From assembly GCA_944383875.1 (NCBI GenBank), contig CALWRD010000120.1, positions 1-46,422 of the forward strand: a stretch of 46,422 bases of DNA, given 5' to 3'. Under the pieces are notes generated by a model. It saw only the letters and a program-made list of their open reading frames with translations, was not told the origin of the DNA and did not search any database. This DNA is from an uncultured Clostridia bacterium. Its GTDB lineage: Bacteria; Bacillota; Clostridia; Lachnospirales; CAG-274. The first letter of the stretch is position 1. Each line of letters opens with the position of its first letter. Below, in pieces: positions 1-10,980 of this stretch. Position numbers and translations under genes: made by a program.

Positions 1-301
1 AACCGGTATTTCAAAAGGTAAGGGTTACCAGGGTCCTATTAAGAGACATGGTCAGTCAAGAGGACCTATGGCTCACGGTTCCAAGTTCCATAGAGCAGTT
101 GGTTCGCTTAGTTCAGCAACTACTCCAGGTAAGGTTAAGAAGGGTAAGAAGATGGCAGGTCAGATGGGACGTGTAAGAGTTACCATTCAGAACCTTGAGA
201 TAGTAAGGGCTGATGCAGAGAAGAATTTACTTCTCATCAAGGGCGCTGTTCCCGGCAACAAGGGTACTGTAGTCGTAATTAAAGACAGCGTAAAGGCATA
301 A
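1..301 (+). CDS. rplC: 50S ribosomal protein L3, C-terminal part (5' end outside window)
   Basis: Frame 2 is open from the window edge. Translation [35 protein letters not shown]...[10 protein letters not shown] is the L3 C-terminus. It lies directly upstream of rplD, as in S10 operons. Confidence 0.9.
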   Translation, partial: TGISKGKGYQGPIKRHGQSRGPMAHGSKFHRAVGSLSSATTPGKVKKGKKMAGQMGRVRVTIQNLEIVRADAEKNLLLIKGAVPGNKGTVVVIKDSVKA

Positions 302-329
302 TTAATCTTTACGAAAGGAGGAAAACCCA

Positions 330-950
330 ATGGCAAATGTAAAAGTATTCAACATGAGCGGAAGCGAAGTTGGAAGTATAGATTTAAATGACAGCATTTT
401 TGCTGTAGAGGTAAACGAGCATGTAATGCATCAGGCAGTTGTTCAGTACCTCGCTAATCAAAGACAGGGCACTCAGAGCGCTCTTACTCGTGCAGAGGTT
501 CGCGGAGGCGGTAAGAAGCCTTGGCGTCAGAAGGGTACAGGTCGTGCAAGACAGGGCTCCATCCGTTCACCACAGTGGACAGGCGGCGGTGTTGTATTTG
601 CTCCAAAGCCAAGAGATTACTCTTTCAAGCTTAATAAGAAGGTAAAGAGACTTGCTCTTAAGTCAGCTCTTACCACTAAGGTTAATGAGAACAAGCTTAT
701 CGTGCTTGACGAGCTTGCTCTTCCTGAGATAAAGACAAAGAAGATGGCTGAGGTTCTTAAGAACGTAAACGCAGGCAAGGCACTTGTGGTTCTTGAGGAG
801 GGCAACAATAATGCAGTTCTTTCAGCAAGGAACTTAAGCAATGTTAAGACAGCCGGCGTAAGCACAATTAATGTTTATGACATCCTTAAGTATGACTCAC
901 TTGTAGTTACTAAGGCAGCAGTTAATAAGATTGAGGAGGTGTACGCATAA
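330..950 (+). CDS. rplD: 50S ribosomal protein L4
   Basis: 206 aa with [51 protein letters not shown] sits about 9 nt upstream. Confidence 0.95.
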   Translation: MANVKVFNMSGSEVGSIDLNDSIFAVEVNEHVMHQAVVQYLANQRQGTQSALTRAEVRGGGKKPWRQKGTGRARQGSIRSPQWTGGGVVFAPKPRDYSFKLNKKVKRLALKSALTTKVNENKLIVLDELALPEIKTKKMAEVLKNVNAGKALVVLEEGNNNAVLSARNLSNVKTAGVSTINVYDILKYDSLVVTKAAVNKIEEVYA

Positions 951-1249
951 TGGCAGACCTTAAGTATTATGACATTATTCAGAAGCCTGTTATTACTGAA
1001 AGAAGTATGAATGATATGGCTGAAAAGAAGTACGTTTTCCTTGTACACCCCGACGCAACCAAGATCCAGATCAAGCAGGCTGTTGAGAAGATGTTCGAGG
1101 GCACTAAGGTTGACTATGTAAATACCATCAGCCTTAAGGGTAAGACAAAGAGACGTGGCTATACATTTGGCAAGACAAACGCTAAGAAGAAAGCTATCGT
1201 TCAGCTTACAGAAGACAGCAAAGAGATTGAAATCTTCCAGGGAATGTGA
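950..1249 (+). CDS. rplW: 50S ribosomal protein L23
   Basis: 99 aa; the start overlaps the rplD stop (TAATG). The [13 protein letters not shown]...KKAIV pattern and operon position fit L23. Confidence 0.93.
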   Translation: MADLKYYDIIQKPVITERSMNDMAEKKYVFLVHPDATKIQIKQAVEKMFEGTKVDYVNTISLKGKTKRRGYTFGKTNAKKKAIVQLTEDSKEIEIFQGM

Positions 1250-1279
1250 TAAACAATGAGCGGCGTACAGACGAGCAAA

Positions 1280-1660
1280 ATAATTTACGTCAAGCTTGCT
1301 TGTAAGTAAATTATTTTTGCGAAGTATGAAAGGGGCGAATGCCCCGACAACGAAGCGGAGCTGGCAAAGCAAACGGAGCGAGTTGTCAACGCTGCGAATG
1401 AGGGCAGACCGAGAAAAGCAGTGATACGTCAAGCTTGCTTGTAAGTGAGGCTGGTTTATGAAGGATACAAGGGGCGAATGCCCCGACAACGAAGCGCAGT
1501 GAGCAAAGCGAACGTAGCGAGTTGTCAATGCTGCTAATGGCGATACGTTGAGATAGCGGTATGAACAGTCGGCAGTAAATGATGGAACCGGCGAAGGATA
1601 CAAGGGGCAAATGCCCCGACAACGAAACGCTGCAAATGGCGATAAGCCTGTAGATCACAT
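1280..1660. repeat. Degenerate tandem repeat, three copies (about 139, 119 and 100 nt), each with a GGGGC-NAAT-GCCCC hairpin, inside the rplW-rplB spacer
   Basis: Copies start near 1287, 1426 and 1545. Shared blocks are ACGTCAAGCTTGCTTGTAAGT (copies 1-2), GGGGCGAATGCCCCGACAACGAA (1332, 1471; GGGGCAAATGCCCCGACAACGAA at 1604), and GTTGTCAA(C/T)GCTGC(G/T)AATG. Confidence 0.8.
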
Positions 1661-1722
1661 CAATCAGATATAGTTATTGCACCACGTGTGCAGAGAATTA
1701 AAAGTTTAAAGGAGTGTAAATA

Positions 1723-2553
1723 ATGGGTATAAAGAGATTTAAGCCTTATACACCTTCGAGAAGACAGATGACAGTATCCGACTTCTCCGAAATCACAAAG
1801 TCCACCCCTGAAAAGAGCCTTACAGTACACATCAAGACTACTGCAGGTCGTAACAATCAGGGTAAGATCACTGTTCGTCACATCGGCGGCGGTGCTAAGA
1901 AGAAATACAGAATAATTGACTTTAAGAGAAATAAAGACGGCATCCCTGCAAAGGTTGTTGCTATCGAGTACGATCCAAACAGAACAGCAAACATCGCACT
2001 TTTAAGCTACGCTGACGGTGAAAAGAGATATATCCTTGCACCTAACGGTCTTAAGGTAGGCGATATGCTTTCAAGCGGTCCTGACGCTGAAATTCACGTT
2101 GGTAACGCTCTTCCTATGAGAAACATCCCTGTTGGTTCCGAAATTCATAACATTGAGATGAAGCCGGGCGCAGGCGGACAGCTTGTAAGAAGTGCAGGCA
2201 ACGTTGCTCAGCTTATGGCTAAGGAAGGCAAGTATGCTACAGTAAGGCTCCCATCCGGCGAGATGAGACTTCTTCCTATTGATTGTCGCGCTACTATCGG
2301 TCAGGTTGGTAACATTGATCACGAGCTTATCAACATCGGTAAGGCAGGTAAAAAGCGTCACATGGGTATCAGACCTACAGTTCGTGGTTCCGTTATGAAC
2401 CCTAACGATCACCCACACGGTGGTGGTGAAGGTAGAGCACCTGTTGGTCGTCCTGCACCTTGCACACCTTGGGGCAAGCCTGCACTTGGTTATAAGACCA
2501 GAAAGAAGCATAAGGCAAGCAACAAGTACATTGTACGTACCAGAAAAGGCTGA
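1723..2553 (+). CDS. rplB: 50S ribosomal protein L2
   Basis: 276 aa with [22 protein letters not shown] and [14 protein letters not shown] motifs. AAAGGAG RBS upstream. Confidence 0.96.
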   Translation: MGIKRFKPYTPSRRQMTVSDFSEITKSTPEKSLTVHIKTTAGRNNQGKITVRHIGGGAKKKYRIIDFKRNKDGIPAKVVAIEYDPNRTANIALLSYADGEKRYILAPNGLKVGDMLSSGPDAEIHVGNALPMRNIPVGSEIHNIEMKPGAGGQLVRSAGNVAQLMAKEGKYATVRLPSGEMRLLPIDCRATIGQVGNIDHELINIGKAGKKRHMGIRPTVRGSVMNPNDHPHGGGEGRAPVGRPAPCTPWGKPALGYKTRKKHKASNKYIVRTRKG

Positions 2554-2572
2554 TTAAGCAGGAGGGTAAATA

Positions 2573-2857
2573 ATGAGCAGATCACTTAAAAAAGGACCAT
2601 TCTGTGACGACCACCTTATGAAGAAGGTTGTAGCTCAGAATGAAGCAAATACAAAGAACGTTATTAAGACATGGTCACGCCGTTCTACTATCTATCCTGA
2701 GATGATAGGTCATACTATTGCAGTTCATGACGGCAGAAAGCACGTACCTGTTTATATAACAGAGGATATGGTTGGACACAAGCTCGGTGAGTTCGCCCTT
2801 ACAAGAACCTACAGAGGTCACGGTAAGGACGCTGAGAAGAAGTCCGGCGTACGTTAA
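2573..2857 (+). CDS. rpsS: 30S ribosomal protein S19
   Basis: 94 aa; [10 protein letters not shown]...[23 protein letters not shown]. Confidence 0.96.
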   Translation: MSRSLKKGPFCDDHLMKKVVAQNEANTKNVIKTWSRRSTIYPEMIGHTIAVHDGRKHVPVYITEDMVGHKLGEFALTRTYRGHGKDAEKKSGVR

Positions 2858-2891
2858 TTATACGTAATATTTGAAAGGAGGAGCCTTAAAG

Positions 2892-3281
2892 ATGGCAAAA
2901 GGACACAGAAGCCAGATTAAGAAGGAAAGAAATGAGCAGAACAGAGATAAAAGAGCTCAGGCTCATGCTAAGTTCGTCAGAGTTTCCGACAGTAAGGCCA
3001 GAATAGTTTTAAATCAGATTAAGGGCAAGAGTGTTGGCGAGGCGCTTGCTATCCTTGCTTACTCACCACGCTACGCTGCTGAGATAATAGAAAAGGTTTT
3101 AAAGTCTGCTATAGCTAATGCAGAGAACAACCTTGAGTTAGATGTTGAAAAGCTCTATGTTGCAGATGCGGTTGCTAATCAGGGACCTACTCTTAAGAGA
3201 ATTCGCCCAAGGGCACAGGGCAGGGCTTACAGAATTAACAAGAAAACAGCTCACATCTCAATATATCTTGAAGAGAAATAA
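2892..3281 (+). CDS. rplV: 50S ribosomal protein L22 (with basic N-terminal extension)
   Basis: The tracked ORF starts at TTG 2871, inside the GAAAGGAGG RBS. ATG 2892 ([11 protein letters not shown]...) has correct spacing. The core [23 protein letters not shown]...[20 protein letters not shown] is L22. Confidence 0.92.
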   Translation: MAKGHRSQIKKERNEQNRDKRAQAHAKFVRVSDSKARIVLNQIKGKSVGEALAILAYSPRYAAEIIEKVLKSAIANAENNLELDVEKLYVADAVANQGPTLKRIRPRAQGRAYRINKKTAHISIYLEEK

Positions 3282-3292
3282 GGAGGACAACG

Positions 3293-3955
3293 ATGGGTCA
3301 GAAGGTAAATCCACACGGATTAAGAGTCGGCATCATCAAGGACTGGGATTCAACCTGGTATGCCGATAAGAAGGATTATGCTAACTTCCTTGTGGAAGAT
3401 AACAAGCTTAGAACTTACATCAAGGAAAGATTAAATAACTCCGGTGTTTCAAGAATTAACATCGAGAGAACCAATGACAGAGTAAAGATTACTATCCATA
3501 CTTCAAAGCCGGGCGTAATCATCGGAAGAAACGGTGCTGCTATTCAGGAGCTTTCCGCTGTACTTCAGTCTATGTCCGCACAGAAAGTTATGGTAAACAT
3601 TGAGGAAATTAAGCGTCCTGAGCTTGATTCCCAGCTTGTAGCTGAGGATATTGCTAAGCAGCTTGAAAACCGTATCACCTTCCGTCGTGCTATGAAGAAG
3701 GCTATGCAGAACACCATGAGAAGCGGTGCTAAGGGTATCAAGACTTCCTGCTCCGGTCGTTTGGGTGGTGCTGAAATGGCTCGCAGCGAGCACTATCATG
3801 ACGGTACTATTCCTCTTCAGACATTGAGGGCAGATATTGACTATGGTTTTGCTGAGGCTAACACAACTTACGGCAAGATCGGTGTTAAGGTATGGATCTA
3901 CAAAGGTGAGGTTCTTCCTGCTAAGAAGACTACTACGGAAGGCGGTGCTAAGTAA
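3293..3955 (+). CDS. rpsC: 30S ribosomal protein S3
   Basis: 220 aa; [22 protein letters not shown]-like [10 protein letters not shown], and [12 protein letters not shown]. Confidence 0.96.
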   Translation: MGQKVNPHGLRVGIIKDWDSTWYADKKDYANFLVEDNKLRTYIKERLNNSGVSRINIERTNDRVKITIHTSKPGVIIGRNGAAIQELSAVLQSMSAQKVMVNIEEIKRPELDSQLVAEDIAKQLENRITFRRAMKKAMQNTMRSGAKGIKTSCSGRLGGAEMARSEHYHDGTIPLQTLRADIDYGFAEANTTYGKIGVKVWIYKGEVLPAKKTTTEGGAK

Positions 3956-4386
3956 TGTTAATGCCTAAGAGAGTTAAAAGACGTAAGCAGTTCAGAGGCA
4001 GAATGACCGGTAAGGCTATGAGAGGCAACAAGATCACTTACGGTGAGTTTGGTATCGTTGCTATGGAGCCAAGCTGGATCACCTCAAACCAGATTGAGGC
4101 AGCCAGAATTGCTATGACAAGATATATCAAGCGTGGCGGTAAGGTTTGGATTAAGATTTTCCCAGATAAGCCTGTTACCGAGAAGCCTGCCGGTACTCGT
4201 ATGGGTAGTGGTAAGGGTACTCCTGAGCGTTGGGTAGCTGTTGTTAAGCCCGGACGCGTTATGTTTGAGATTGCCGGTGTAAGCGAGGAGGTAGCAAGAG
4301 AGGCACTTCGTCTTGCTGTTCACAAATTACCTATTAAGTGTAAGATTGTATCTCGCGCTGACCTCGAAATGGAGGGTAATGAGTAA
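3955..4386 (+). CDS. rplP: 50S ribosomal protein L16
   Basis: 143 aa; [17 protein letters not shown]. The start overlaps the rpsC stop (TAATG). Confidence 0.95.
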   Translation: MLMPKRVKRRKQFRGRMTGKAMRGNKITYGEFGIVAMEPSWITSNQIEAARIAMTRYIKRGGKVWIKIFPDKPVTEKPAGTRMGSGKGTPERWVAVVKPGRVMFEIAGVSEEVAREALRLAVHKLPIKCKIVSRADLEMEGNE

Positions 4387-4592
4387 TGAAGAGTAAAAAC
4401 TATGTTGAGGAACTTAAGGCTAAGACAAATGAGGAGCTTAACGCAGCTCTTGTTGACGCTAAGAAGGAACTGTTTAATTTAAGATTTCAGAATGCTACAA
4501 ATCAGCTGAGCAATACAGCAAGGATCACTGAGGTTCGTAAGAACATAGCTCGTATCCAGACTGTTATCACTCAGAAGAACAAGGGTATTTGA
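4386..4592 (+). CDS. rpmC: 50S ribosomal protein L29
   Basis: 68 aa; the start overlaps the rplP stop. [14 protein letters not shown] motif. Confidence 0.93.
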   Translation: MKSKNYVEELKAKTNEELNAALVDAKKELFNLRFQNATNQLSNTARITEVRKNIARIQTVITQKNKGI

Positions 4593-4616
4593 TTGACATA
4601 ACGGAAGGAGGAAACC

Positions 4617-4874
4617 TTGGTGGAAAGAAATCTTCGCAAGACCAGAATCGGTAAGGTTGTCAGCAACAAGATAGATAAGACTATCGTAGTTGCTGTTGAG
4701 AATAATGTAAGACACCCATTGTATAAGAAGATCGTTAAGACTACCTATAAGCTTAAGGCTCACGATGAGAACAATGAGTGCCAGATCGGTGACCGTGTAA
4801 AAGTTATGGAAACAAGACCTTTGTCAAAGGATAAGAGATGGAGACTTGTATCTATAGTTGAAAAGGTTAAGTAA
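4617..4874 (+). CDS. rpsQ: 30S ribosomal protein S17
   Basis: 85 aa; [22 protein letters not shown]...HPLYKK. Start is TTG 4617 or GTG 4620, after GGAAGGAGG. Confidence 0.92.
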   Translation: MVERNLRKTRIGKVVSNKIDKTIVVAVENNVRHPLYKKIVKTTYKLKAHDENNECQIGDRVKVMETRPLSKDKRWRLVSIVEKVK

Positions 4875-4900
4875 TTCCTAAGAACAGGAGGAAATTGAGA

Positions 4901-5269
4901 ATGATTCAGCAGGAAAGCAGGCTGGTTGTTGCCGACAACTCAGGTGCTAAGGAGCTCCTTTGCATAAGAGTACTCGGAGGCTCAACCAGAAGATATGCTA
5001 ATATAGGCGATGTTATTGTTGCTGCGGTTAAAGACGCAACACCCGGCGGCGTTGTTAAAAAGGGTGAAGTTGTTAAGGCTGTAGTTGTAAGGACTAAGAA
5101 GGGCGCTTCAAGACCTGACGGTTCATACATCAAGTTTGATGAAAACGCAGCAGTTATCATCAGAGATGACAAAAACCCAAGAGGTACACGTATATTCGGA
5201 CCCGTTGCAAGAGAGCTTAGAGAAAAGCAGTATATGAAGATATTATCTCTTGCACCGGAGGTATTATAA
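4901..5269 (+). CDS. rplN: 50S ribosomal protein L14
   Basis: [30 protein letters not shown] 4901 is preferred over the tracked TTG 4895 because of AGGAGG spacing and the canonical MIQ N-terminus. Confidence 0.95.
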   Translation: MIQQESRLVVADNSGAKELLCIRVLGGSTRRYANIGDVIVAAVKDATPGGVVKKGEVVKAVVVRTKKGASRPDGSYIKFDENAAVIIRDDKNPRGTRIFGPVARELREKQYMKILSLAPEVL

Positions 5270-5282
5270 GGAGGTAAAACCT

Positions 5283-5609
5283 GTGAAGATTAAAAAGGGC
5301 GATAAGGTTCAGATTATTGCAGGCAAGGATAAGGGTAAGTCCGGTAAGGTACTTGTTGCTGACGCTAAGAACAATAAGGTTATTGTTGAGGGCTGCAATA
5401 TGGTTTCTAAGCATGTTAAGCCTAGCGCAATGACTACTCAGAGCGGTATCATCACTAAGGAAGCGCCTCTTGACGCCTCCAACGTAATGTACCTTTACAA
5501 CGGAAAGCCTGCCAGACTTGGTTATAAGGTTGAAGTTGTAAATGAAAACGGCAAGGATAAAAAGGTTAAGCACAGAGTGGTTAAGTCCACAGGCGAAACT
5601 ATTGATTAA
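5283..5609 (+). CDS. rplX: 50S ribosomal protein L24
   Basis: GTG 5283 follows AAGGAGG. It gives the canonical MKIKKGDKVQIIAGKDKGKSGKV (KOW). The tracked ORF start at 5250 overlaps the rplN 3' end. Confidence 0.92.
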   Translation: MKIKKGDKVQIIAGKDKGKSGKVLVADAKNNKVIVEGCNMVSKHVKPSAMTTQSGIITKEAPLDASNVMYLYNGKPARLGYKVEVVNENGKDKKVKHRVVKSTGETID

Positions 5610-5634
5610 TTCCCGAAAGGAGGCAAACTGAACT

Positions 5635-6174
5635 GTGAACACTTTAAGAGAGTATTATGAGAAGGAAATCGTACCTGCAATGGTAAGTAAGTTCTCATAT
5701 AAAAATATAATGGAAGTACCCAAGATCGAAAAGATCGTTATCAATATGGGTCTTGGTGAAGCTAAGGAAAACTCAAAGGCTATGGACGGCGCTGTTAATG
5801 ATATGACTATCATTGCAGGTCAGAAGCCTGTTATCACCAAAGCTAAGAAGTCTATCGCTAACTTCAAGCTCCGTGCAGGTATGCCTATCGGTTGTAAGGT
5901 TACCTTAAGAGGAGAGAAAATGTACAGCTTTGCAAACAGACTTATCAATTTAGCACTCCCTCGTGTACGTGACTTCCGTGGCGTAAGCGCTGAGTCCTTC
6001 GACGGCAGAGGCAACTACACTCTTGGCGTTAAGGAGCAGCTTATGTTCCCTGAAATTCAGTACGATAAGATTGATAAAATCAGAGGTATGGATATCGTAT
6101 TCGTAACTACCGCAAAGACTGATGAAGAGGCTAGAGAATTACTTAGATTATTCGGTATGCCATTTAAGAAGTAA
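5635..6174 (+). CDS. rplE: 50S ribosomal protein L5
   Basis: 179 aa; GTG start after [24 protein letters not shown] and [11 protein letters not shown] motifs. Confidence 0.95.
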   Translation: MNTLREYYEKEIVPAMVSKFSYKNIMEVPKIEKIVINMGLGEAKENSKAMDGAVNDMTIIAGQKPVITKAKKSIANFKLRAGMPIGCKVTLRGEKMYSFANRLINLALPRVRDFRGVSAESFDGRGNYTLGVKEQLMFPEIQYDKIDKIRGMDIVFVTTAKTDEEARELLRLFGMPFKK

Positions 6175-6191
6175 TAAAGGGAGGACAGAAA

Positions 6192-6377
6192 ATGGCTAAG
6201 ACATCAATGAAGGTTAAGCAGGGTAGAAAGCCTAAGTTTTCAACACAGAGCTACACTCGCTGCAGAATCTGCGGCAGACCCCATGCTTATTTAAGAAAAT
6301 TCGGTATTTGTCGTATTTGTTTCCGTGAATTAGCTTATAAAGGTCAAATTCCCGGCGTTAAGAAGGCAAGCTGGTAA
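6192..6377 (+). CDS. rpsN: 30S ribosomal protein S14, short zinc-binding (type Z) form
   Basis: 61 aa; [23 protein letters not shown] carries two CxxC pairs. spc-operon position. Confidence 0.95.
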   Translation: MAKTSMKVKQGRKPKFSTQSYTRCRICGRPHAYLRKFGICRICFRELAYKGQIPGVKKASW

Positions 6378-6400
6378 TAGCCGAAAGGAGGTAAATTAAA

Positions 6401-6802
6401 ATGTCAATGAGCGATCCAATCGCAGATATGCTTACAAGAATAAGAAATGCAAACACTGCTAAGCACAATACTGTAGACGTACCTTCAAGCAAGATGAAAG
6501 AGGCTATTGCAAACATCTTGGTTAACGAGGGATATATACAGGGCTTTGAGATAATCGAGGATGGCGTAAAGAAGACTATGCGCATCACTCTGAAATATGG
6601 TAAGGATAAAAATGAAAAGGTAATCTCCGGCATTAAGAGAATTTCTAAGCCAGGTCTTAGGGTTTATGCCAATAAGGAGGAGATGCCTAGGGTTCTTGGC
6701 GGTTTAGGTACAGCTATCGTATCTACCAACAAGGGCATCATCACAGACAAGGAAGCCAGAAAGCTCGGCGTTGGCGGCGAGATTATTGCTTTCGTTTGGT
6801 AA
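6401..6802 (+). CDS. rpsH: 30S ribosomal protein S8
   Basis: 133 aa; [17 protein letters not shown]. Confidence 0.96.
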   Translation: MSMSDPIADMLTRIRNANTAKHNTVDVPSSKMKEAIANILVNEGYIQGFEIIEDGVKKTMRITLKYGKDKNEKVISGIKRISKPGLRVYANKEEMPRVLGGLGTAIVSTNKGIITDKEARKLGVGGEIIAFVW

Positions 6803-6819
6803 TAAGGAGGTAAAGGTAA

Positions 6820-7359
6820 ATGTCACGTATAGGAAAGTTACCTGTTGCCATTCCTGCCGGCGTAGAGGTTAAGGTTGAGGATGGCAATGTGATTACTGTA
6901 AAGGGACCTAAGGGTACTCTTACACGTAAGCTCGTAGAGGAAATGGACGTTAAGGTTGAGGGTTCAGAGGTAATCGTAACCCGTCCTAACGACTTAAAGA
7001 GAAATAAGTCCCTTCATGGCCTTACCAGAACACTTATCTTCAATATGGTTGAGGGTGTTACTAACGGCTACAGCAAGGTACTTGAAATAAACGGTGTTGG
7101 TTACAGAGCAGCTAAGTCAGGCAACAAGCTTACTCTTACACTTGGCTACTCACATCCTGTTGAAATGGTTGACCCTGAGGGTATTACAACCACTGTTGAC
7201 GGCAACAAGATTACCGTTGCAGGTATCGACAAGGAAAAGGTAGGTCAGTTTGCTGCTGAAATCAGAACTAAGAGACCACCTGAGCCATACAAGGGCAAGG
7301 GTATCAAGTATGAAACCGAAACTATCAGACGTAAGGTTGGTAAGACAGGTAAGAAATAA
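6820..7359 (+). CDS. rplF: 50S ribosomal protein L6
   Basis: 179 aa; [17 protein letters not shown]...[11 protein letters not shown]. Confidence 0.96.
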   Translation: MSRIGKLPVAIPAGVEVKVEDGNVITVKGPKGTLTRKLVEEMDVKVEGSEVIVTRPNDLKRNKSLHGLTRTLIFNMVEGVTNGYSKVLEINGVGYRAAKSGNKLTLTLGYSHPVEMVDPEGITTTVDGNKITVAGIDKEKVGQFAAEIRTKRPPEPYKGKGIKYETETIRRKVGKTGKK

Positions 7360-7378
7360 TATAAAGGAGTGAAACTCT

Positions 7379-7747
7379 ATGATAACTAAGCCATCGAGAG
7401 CTGCTGCAAGAGCTAAGCGTCATTACAGACTTCGTAATCACATCTCAGGCACAGCTGAAAGACCAAGATTGGCGGTATTCAGATCAAATATGCATATCTA
7501 TGCACAGATTATAGATGATACAGTAGGCAATACAATCTGCTCCGCTTCCACCATGGAGGCTGACGTTAAGGCTAAGCTTGAACATACCAACGATGTTGAG
7601 GCTGCTAAGGTTGTAGGCGAAACTGTTGCTAAGAAAGCTCTTGAAAAGGGCATTACTACAGTTGTTTTTGACCGCGGCGGCTATGTATACCACGGCAAGA
7701 TTCAGGCTCTTGCTGATGCTGCCAGAGAAGCCGGTCTGCAGTTCTAA
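7379..7747 (+). CDS. rplR: 50S ribosomal protein L18
   Basis: 122 aa; [20 protein letters not shown]...[27 protein letters not shown]. Confidence 0.96.
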   Translation: MITKPSRAAARAKRHYRLRNHISGTAERPRLAVFRSNMHIYAQIIDDTVGNTICSASTMEADVKAKLEHTNDVEAAKVVGETVAKKALEKGITTVVFDRGGYVYHGKIQALADAAREAGLQF

Positions 7748-7762
7748 TCAGGAGGGAATGTC

Positions 7763-8269
7763 GTGAGAAAAATTATAGATGCAAGCACACTTGATTTGCA
7801 GGATAAGGTTGTTACAATCAAGAGAGTAACAAAGGTTGTTAAGGGCGGTCGTACCTTCCGTTTTGCTGCGCTTGTGGTTGTAGGCGACTACAACGGTCAC
7901 GTAGGCGTAGGTCTTGGCAAGGCAACTGAAATTCCTGACGCTATCCGCAAGGGCAAGGATGATGCTATTAAGAATCTTATCTATGTTGAGAGAGATGAAA
8001 ACAACAGTATTTACCATGAGGTACTCGGTAAGTTCGGCAGCGCAAATGTACTTCTTAAGCCTGCTCCCGAAGGTACCGGTATCATCGCCGGCGGTCCTGC
8101 CCGTGCCGTACTTGAGCTTGCGGGTATCAAGAACATCAGGACAAAGTCCATCGGTTCCAACAACAAGAGGAACGTTGTAAATGCTACTATCGAGGGTCTC
8201 AGCTCCGTTACTTCTCCAGAGAAGATTGCAAGGCTTCGTGGTAAGACAATCGAAGAAATTTTAGGTTAA
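7763..8269 (+). CDS. rpsE: 30S ribosomal protein S5
   Basis: 168 aa; GTG start; [22 protein letters not shown]. Confidence 0.95.
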   Translation: MRKIIDASTLDLQDKVVTIKRVTKVVKGGRTFRFAALVVVGDYNGHVGVGLGKATEIPDAIRKGKDDAIKNLIYVERDENNSIYHEVLGKFGSANVLLKPAPEGTGIIAGGPARAVLELAGIKNIRTKSIGSNNKRNVVNATIEGLSSVTSPEKIARLRGKTIEEILG

Positions 8270-8282
8270 GGGGGATATTGAG

Positions 8283-8456
8283 ATGTTAAAGATTACTTTA
8301 GTTAAATCTACAATAGGTGCAATCCCTAAGCATAAAAAGACTGTGGCTGCTCTTGGACTTCATAAGCCAAACACAAGCGTTGAGCAGCAGGATACACCTG
8401 CTATCAGAGGTATGATCAAGCAGGTAAACCACTTAGTGAAGGTTGAGGAAATATAA
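8283..8456 (+). CDS. rpmD: 50S ribosomal protein L30
   Basis: 57-aa ORF below the ORF-track cutoff: [57 protein letters not shown]. It lies between rpsE and rplO as expected, with a GGGGGA RBS. Confidence 0.9.
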   Translation: MLKITLVKSTIGAIPKHKKTVAALGLHKPNTSVEQQDTPAIRGMIKQVNHLVKVEEI

Positions 8457-8476
8457 TATTAGGAGGTGTAACGGCA

Positions 8477-8920
8477 ATGTATTTACACGAATTAAAACCT
8501 GCCGAGGGTTCCGTAACTAACGGCTTCAGAAGAGGCAGAGGTCACGGCTCCGGTAACGGCAAGACCGCAGGTAAGGGTCACAAGGGTCAGAACGCTCGTT
8601 CAGGCGGCGGTGTAAGACCGGGCTTTGAAGGTGGTCAGATGCCTTTATACAGAAGAATACCAAAGAGAGGCTTTAAGTGCATTAACACTAAGGAAATAGT
8701 AGCAATTAACTTATCTCTCTTGAACAGCGTATTTGAAGACGGCGCCGTAGTTGATATAGATGCCCTTAAGGCTAAGGGTCTTGTGAGCCATGTAAGAGAT
8801 GGCGTTAAGATTTTAGGCAACGGCGAAATTACAAAGAAGCTTACTGTTAAGGTTAATTATTTCAGTGCTTCTGCTAAGGAGAAGATTGAGGCCGCAGGCG
8901 GAAAAGCTGAGGTGATTTGA
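8477..8920 (+). CDS. rplO: 50S ribosomal protein L15
   Basis: 147 aa; [26 protein letters not shown]. Confidence 0.95.
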   Translation: MYLHELKPAEGSVTNGFRRGRGHGSGNGKTAGKGHKGQNARSGGGVRPGFEGGQMPLYRRIPKRGFKCINTKEIVAINLSLLNSVFEDGAVVDIDALKAKGLVSHVRDGVKILGNGEITKKLTVKVNYFSASAKEKIEAAGGKAEVI

Positions 8921-10161
8921 TGCTTACTACACTGAGAAATGCATGGAAGATTAAAGAAATCAGAACCAGATTGTTGTACATGCTTTTGATCCTGTTGATT
9001 GTAAGAATCGGTACCCACCTTCCCGTACCGGGCGTTGACCTTACGCAGCTTGATTCTGCAAGCGGCGGCACACTTTACAGCCTTATTACAGGCGGTAATT
9101 ACGGTACTATTTTTGCCATGGGTATCGGACCATACATCAATGCTTCGATTATTATGCAGCTTTTAACTGTTGCTATCCCAAGATTGGAGCAGATTAATAA
9201 AGAAGGCGAAGAGGGACGTAAGAGAATAGCGCAGTACACAAGAGTTTGTACTGTCGCTCTTGCTCTCCTTCAGGGCTGTGGACAGGTGTTCACTATAAGG
9301 GGCGCTTTTACCAACCCTAACTTCTTTGTTTATGGTGTGGCTCTTTTAGCTATGATCACAGGTACCGTTTTTGTTATGTGGCTCGGTGAGCAGCTTAACG
9401 AAAAGGGCATCGGCAACGGTTCTTCGTTTATCATTGCAGCAAACATCCTTTCCGGTCTGCCAAACGGCATTATGAGTATGTATGTGGAAGGCTCCGGCGC
9501 AGGTATCATGGGCTGGGTAAAGGTAGCAGTTGTACTCCTTATCCTTCTGGTTGATATGATCTTTGTTATTGTTGTACAGGATGGCGAAAGAAGAATTCCT
9601 GTTCAGTATTCAAAGAAAATGGTGGGCAGAAGAATGATGGGCGGACAAACCTCCTTTATTCCTATCAAGGTTAATATAGCAGGCGTTATGTCAATCATCT
9701 TTGCTATTTCCCTGCTTCAGTTCCCACAGACCATATATCAGCTGTGGCAGCCTGAGCTTCTGGGTACTATCGTTGCAGTGCTTGATGTAACCACAAGCCC
9801 TATAGGTGCAGCGCTTTATGTTATACTTATTTTCTGCTTCACCTTCTTCTATACATCATTCTCCTTTAACCCAATTGAGGTTGCGGAGAATATTAAGAAG
9901 AGCGGCGGCTTTATTCCCGGTATCAGACCCGGTAAGCCAACCTCCGATTTTATCCAGACGGTTGTTGACAGGATGTCTTTAATCGGTGCTTGCACATATG
10001 CAATTATTGCTCTTATACCTTCTCTTTTCAGTATGGTATTTGGTGTAAACATTGGTTTCGGCGGCACAACACTCCTTATCGTAACGGGTGTTGCTCTTGA
10101 TATATTCAAGAAGATGGAATCTCAGATGGTAATGCGTCATTACAAGGGATTTCTTGACTGA
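8920..10161 (+). CDS. secY: Preprotein translocase subunit SecY
   Basis: About 413 aa, polytopic. [18 protein letters not shown]...GPYINASIIMQLL. ATG 8920 (GAGGTG 6 nt upstream) is preferred to the tracked TTG 8917. It overlaps the rplO stop. Confidence 0.95.
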   Translation: MLTTLRNAWKIKEIRTRLLYMLLILLIVRIGTHLPVPGVDLTQLDSASGGTLYSLITGGNYGTIFAMGIGPYINASIIMQLLTVAIPRLEQINKEGEEGRKRIAQYTRVCTVALALLQGCGQVFTIRGAFTNPNFFVYGVALLAMITGTVFVMWLGEQLNEKGIGNGSSFIIAANILSGLPNGIMSMYVEGSGAGIMGWVKVAVVLLILLVDMIFVIVVQDGERRIPVQYSKKMVGRRMMGGQTSFIPIKVNIAGVMSIIFAISLLQFPQTIYQLWQPELLGTIVAVLDVTTSPIGAALYVILIFCFTFFYTSFSFNPIEVAENIKKSGGFIPGIRPGKPTSDFIQTVVDRMSLIGACTYAIIALIPSLFSMVFGVNIGFGGTTLLIVTGVALDIFKKMESQMVMRHYKGFLD

Positions 10162-10204
10162 TAATTTTCGGTCGAAATTGCTTTAGATATAATAATAAAT
10201 CAAG

Positions 10205-10240
10205 TCGGGAGGCGCACGGCGTCCCCCGATTTGTTCTTTT
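10205..10240 (+). terminator. GC-rich hairpin plus T-rich tail between secY and adk (intra-cluster terminator or attenuator)
   Basis: TCGGGAGGCG (10205-10214) pairs with CGTCCCCCGA (10220-29) with one mismatch and one G-U, followed by TTTGTTCTTTT. Confidence 0.55.
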
Positions 10241-10345
10241 CTACAACACATATATAAAGGAAGAAACACATCCTGTTATGGGATGGGTTAGGGTTTATGG
10301 GTTTCCATTTAAATAACCCAAATACATTTATAAGGAAGTAATATT

Positions 10346-10978
10346 ATGAAGCTTGTTTTGGTAGGTTGTCCGGGTGCGGGAAAAGGTACTCAGGCAGAAA
10401 AGCTTTCAAAACATTACGGCATTGCACATATTTCAACAGGTGATCTCTTAAGAGACCAGATAGCAAGAGGTACAGAGCTTGGCAAAAAGGTAAGCAAGAT
10501 TATGGAAGAGGGCGGTCTTGTATCGGATGAGATTGTTTCTTCAATGCTTGCGGAAAGAATTAAGGATGAGGACTGCAAAAACGGTTATATTCTTGACGGT
10601 TACCCACGTAACCTTGCACAGGCAGAGGGACTTGAGGCAATCACAGGTCCTCTTGACAAGGTAATCTGTATAGATGTGGACGACAACGTTATTGTTGACC
10701 GTATGACAGGCAGAAGAAGCTGTCCTAACTGCAAGGAAATGTATCACATCAAGTATAATCCTCCAAAGGTAGAGGGTGTATGTGATGACTGCGGTACTAA
10801 GCTTGTTCAGCGTAAGGATGATAACGAGGAAACAGTACTTAACAGACTTAAGGTATATCATGAGACAACAGCTCCTCTTATTGAGTATTACAAGGGCAAG
10901 GGAATACTTGCAACAGTTAAGGGCGTAGGCGATATCAATGAGATCTTCGCTGAGATATGCAGAGTCCTTGAGGGCTGA
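10346..10978 (+). CDS. adk: Adenylate kinase (zinc-lid type)
   Basis: 210 aa; GCPGAGKGTQ P-loop. The lid carries CPNC...CDDC. Confidence 0.95.
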   Translation: MKLVLVGCPGAGKGTQAEKLSKHYGIAHISTGDLLRDQIARGTELGKKVSKIMEEGGLVSDEIVSSMLAERIKDEDCKNGYILDGYPRNLAQAEGLEAITGPLDKVICIDVDDNVIVDRMTGRRSCPNCKEMYHIKYNPPKVEGVCDDCGTKLVQRKDDNEETVLNRLKVYHETTAPLIEYYKGKGILATVKGVGDINEIFAEICRVLEG

Positions 10979-10980
10979 AA

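Noticed and set aside
875-1603. 242-aa minus-strand ORF, and the overlapping 90-aa ORF at 1386-1658
   Set aside because: It lies antisense to rplW/rplD and runs through the tandem repeats, which explains its internally repeated peptide. It has no RBS and an odd Cys/Ser/Leu-rich composition. It is a shadow ORF.
1280-1660. Repeat block as a CRISPR array
   Set aside because: The units are 100-139 nt and contiguous, with no unique spacers between short direct repeats. No cas genes are present. This is a tandem repeat, not CRISPR.
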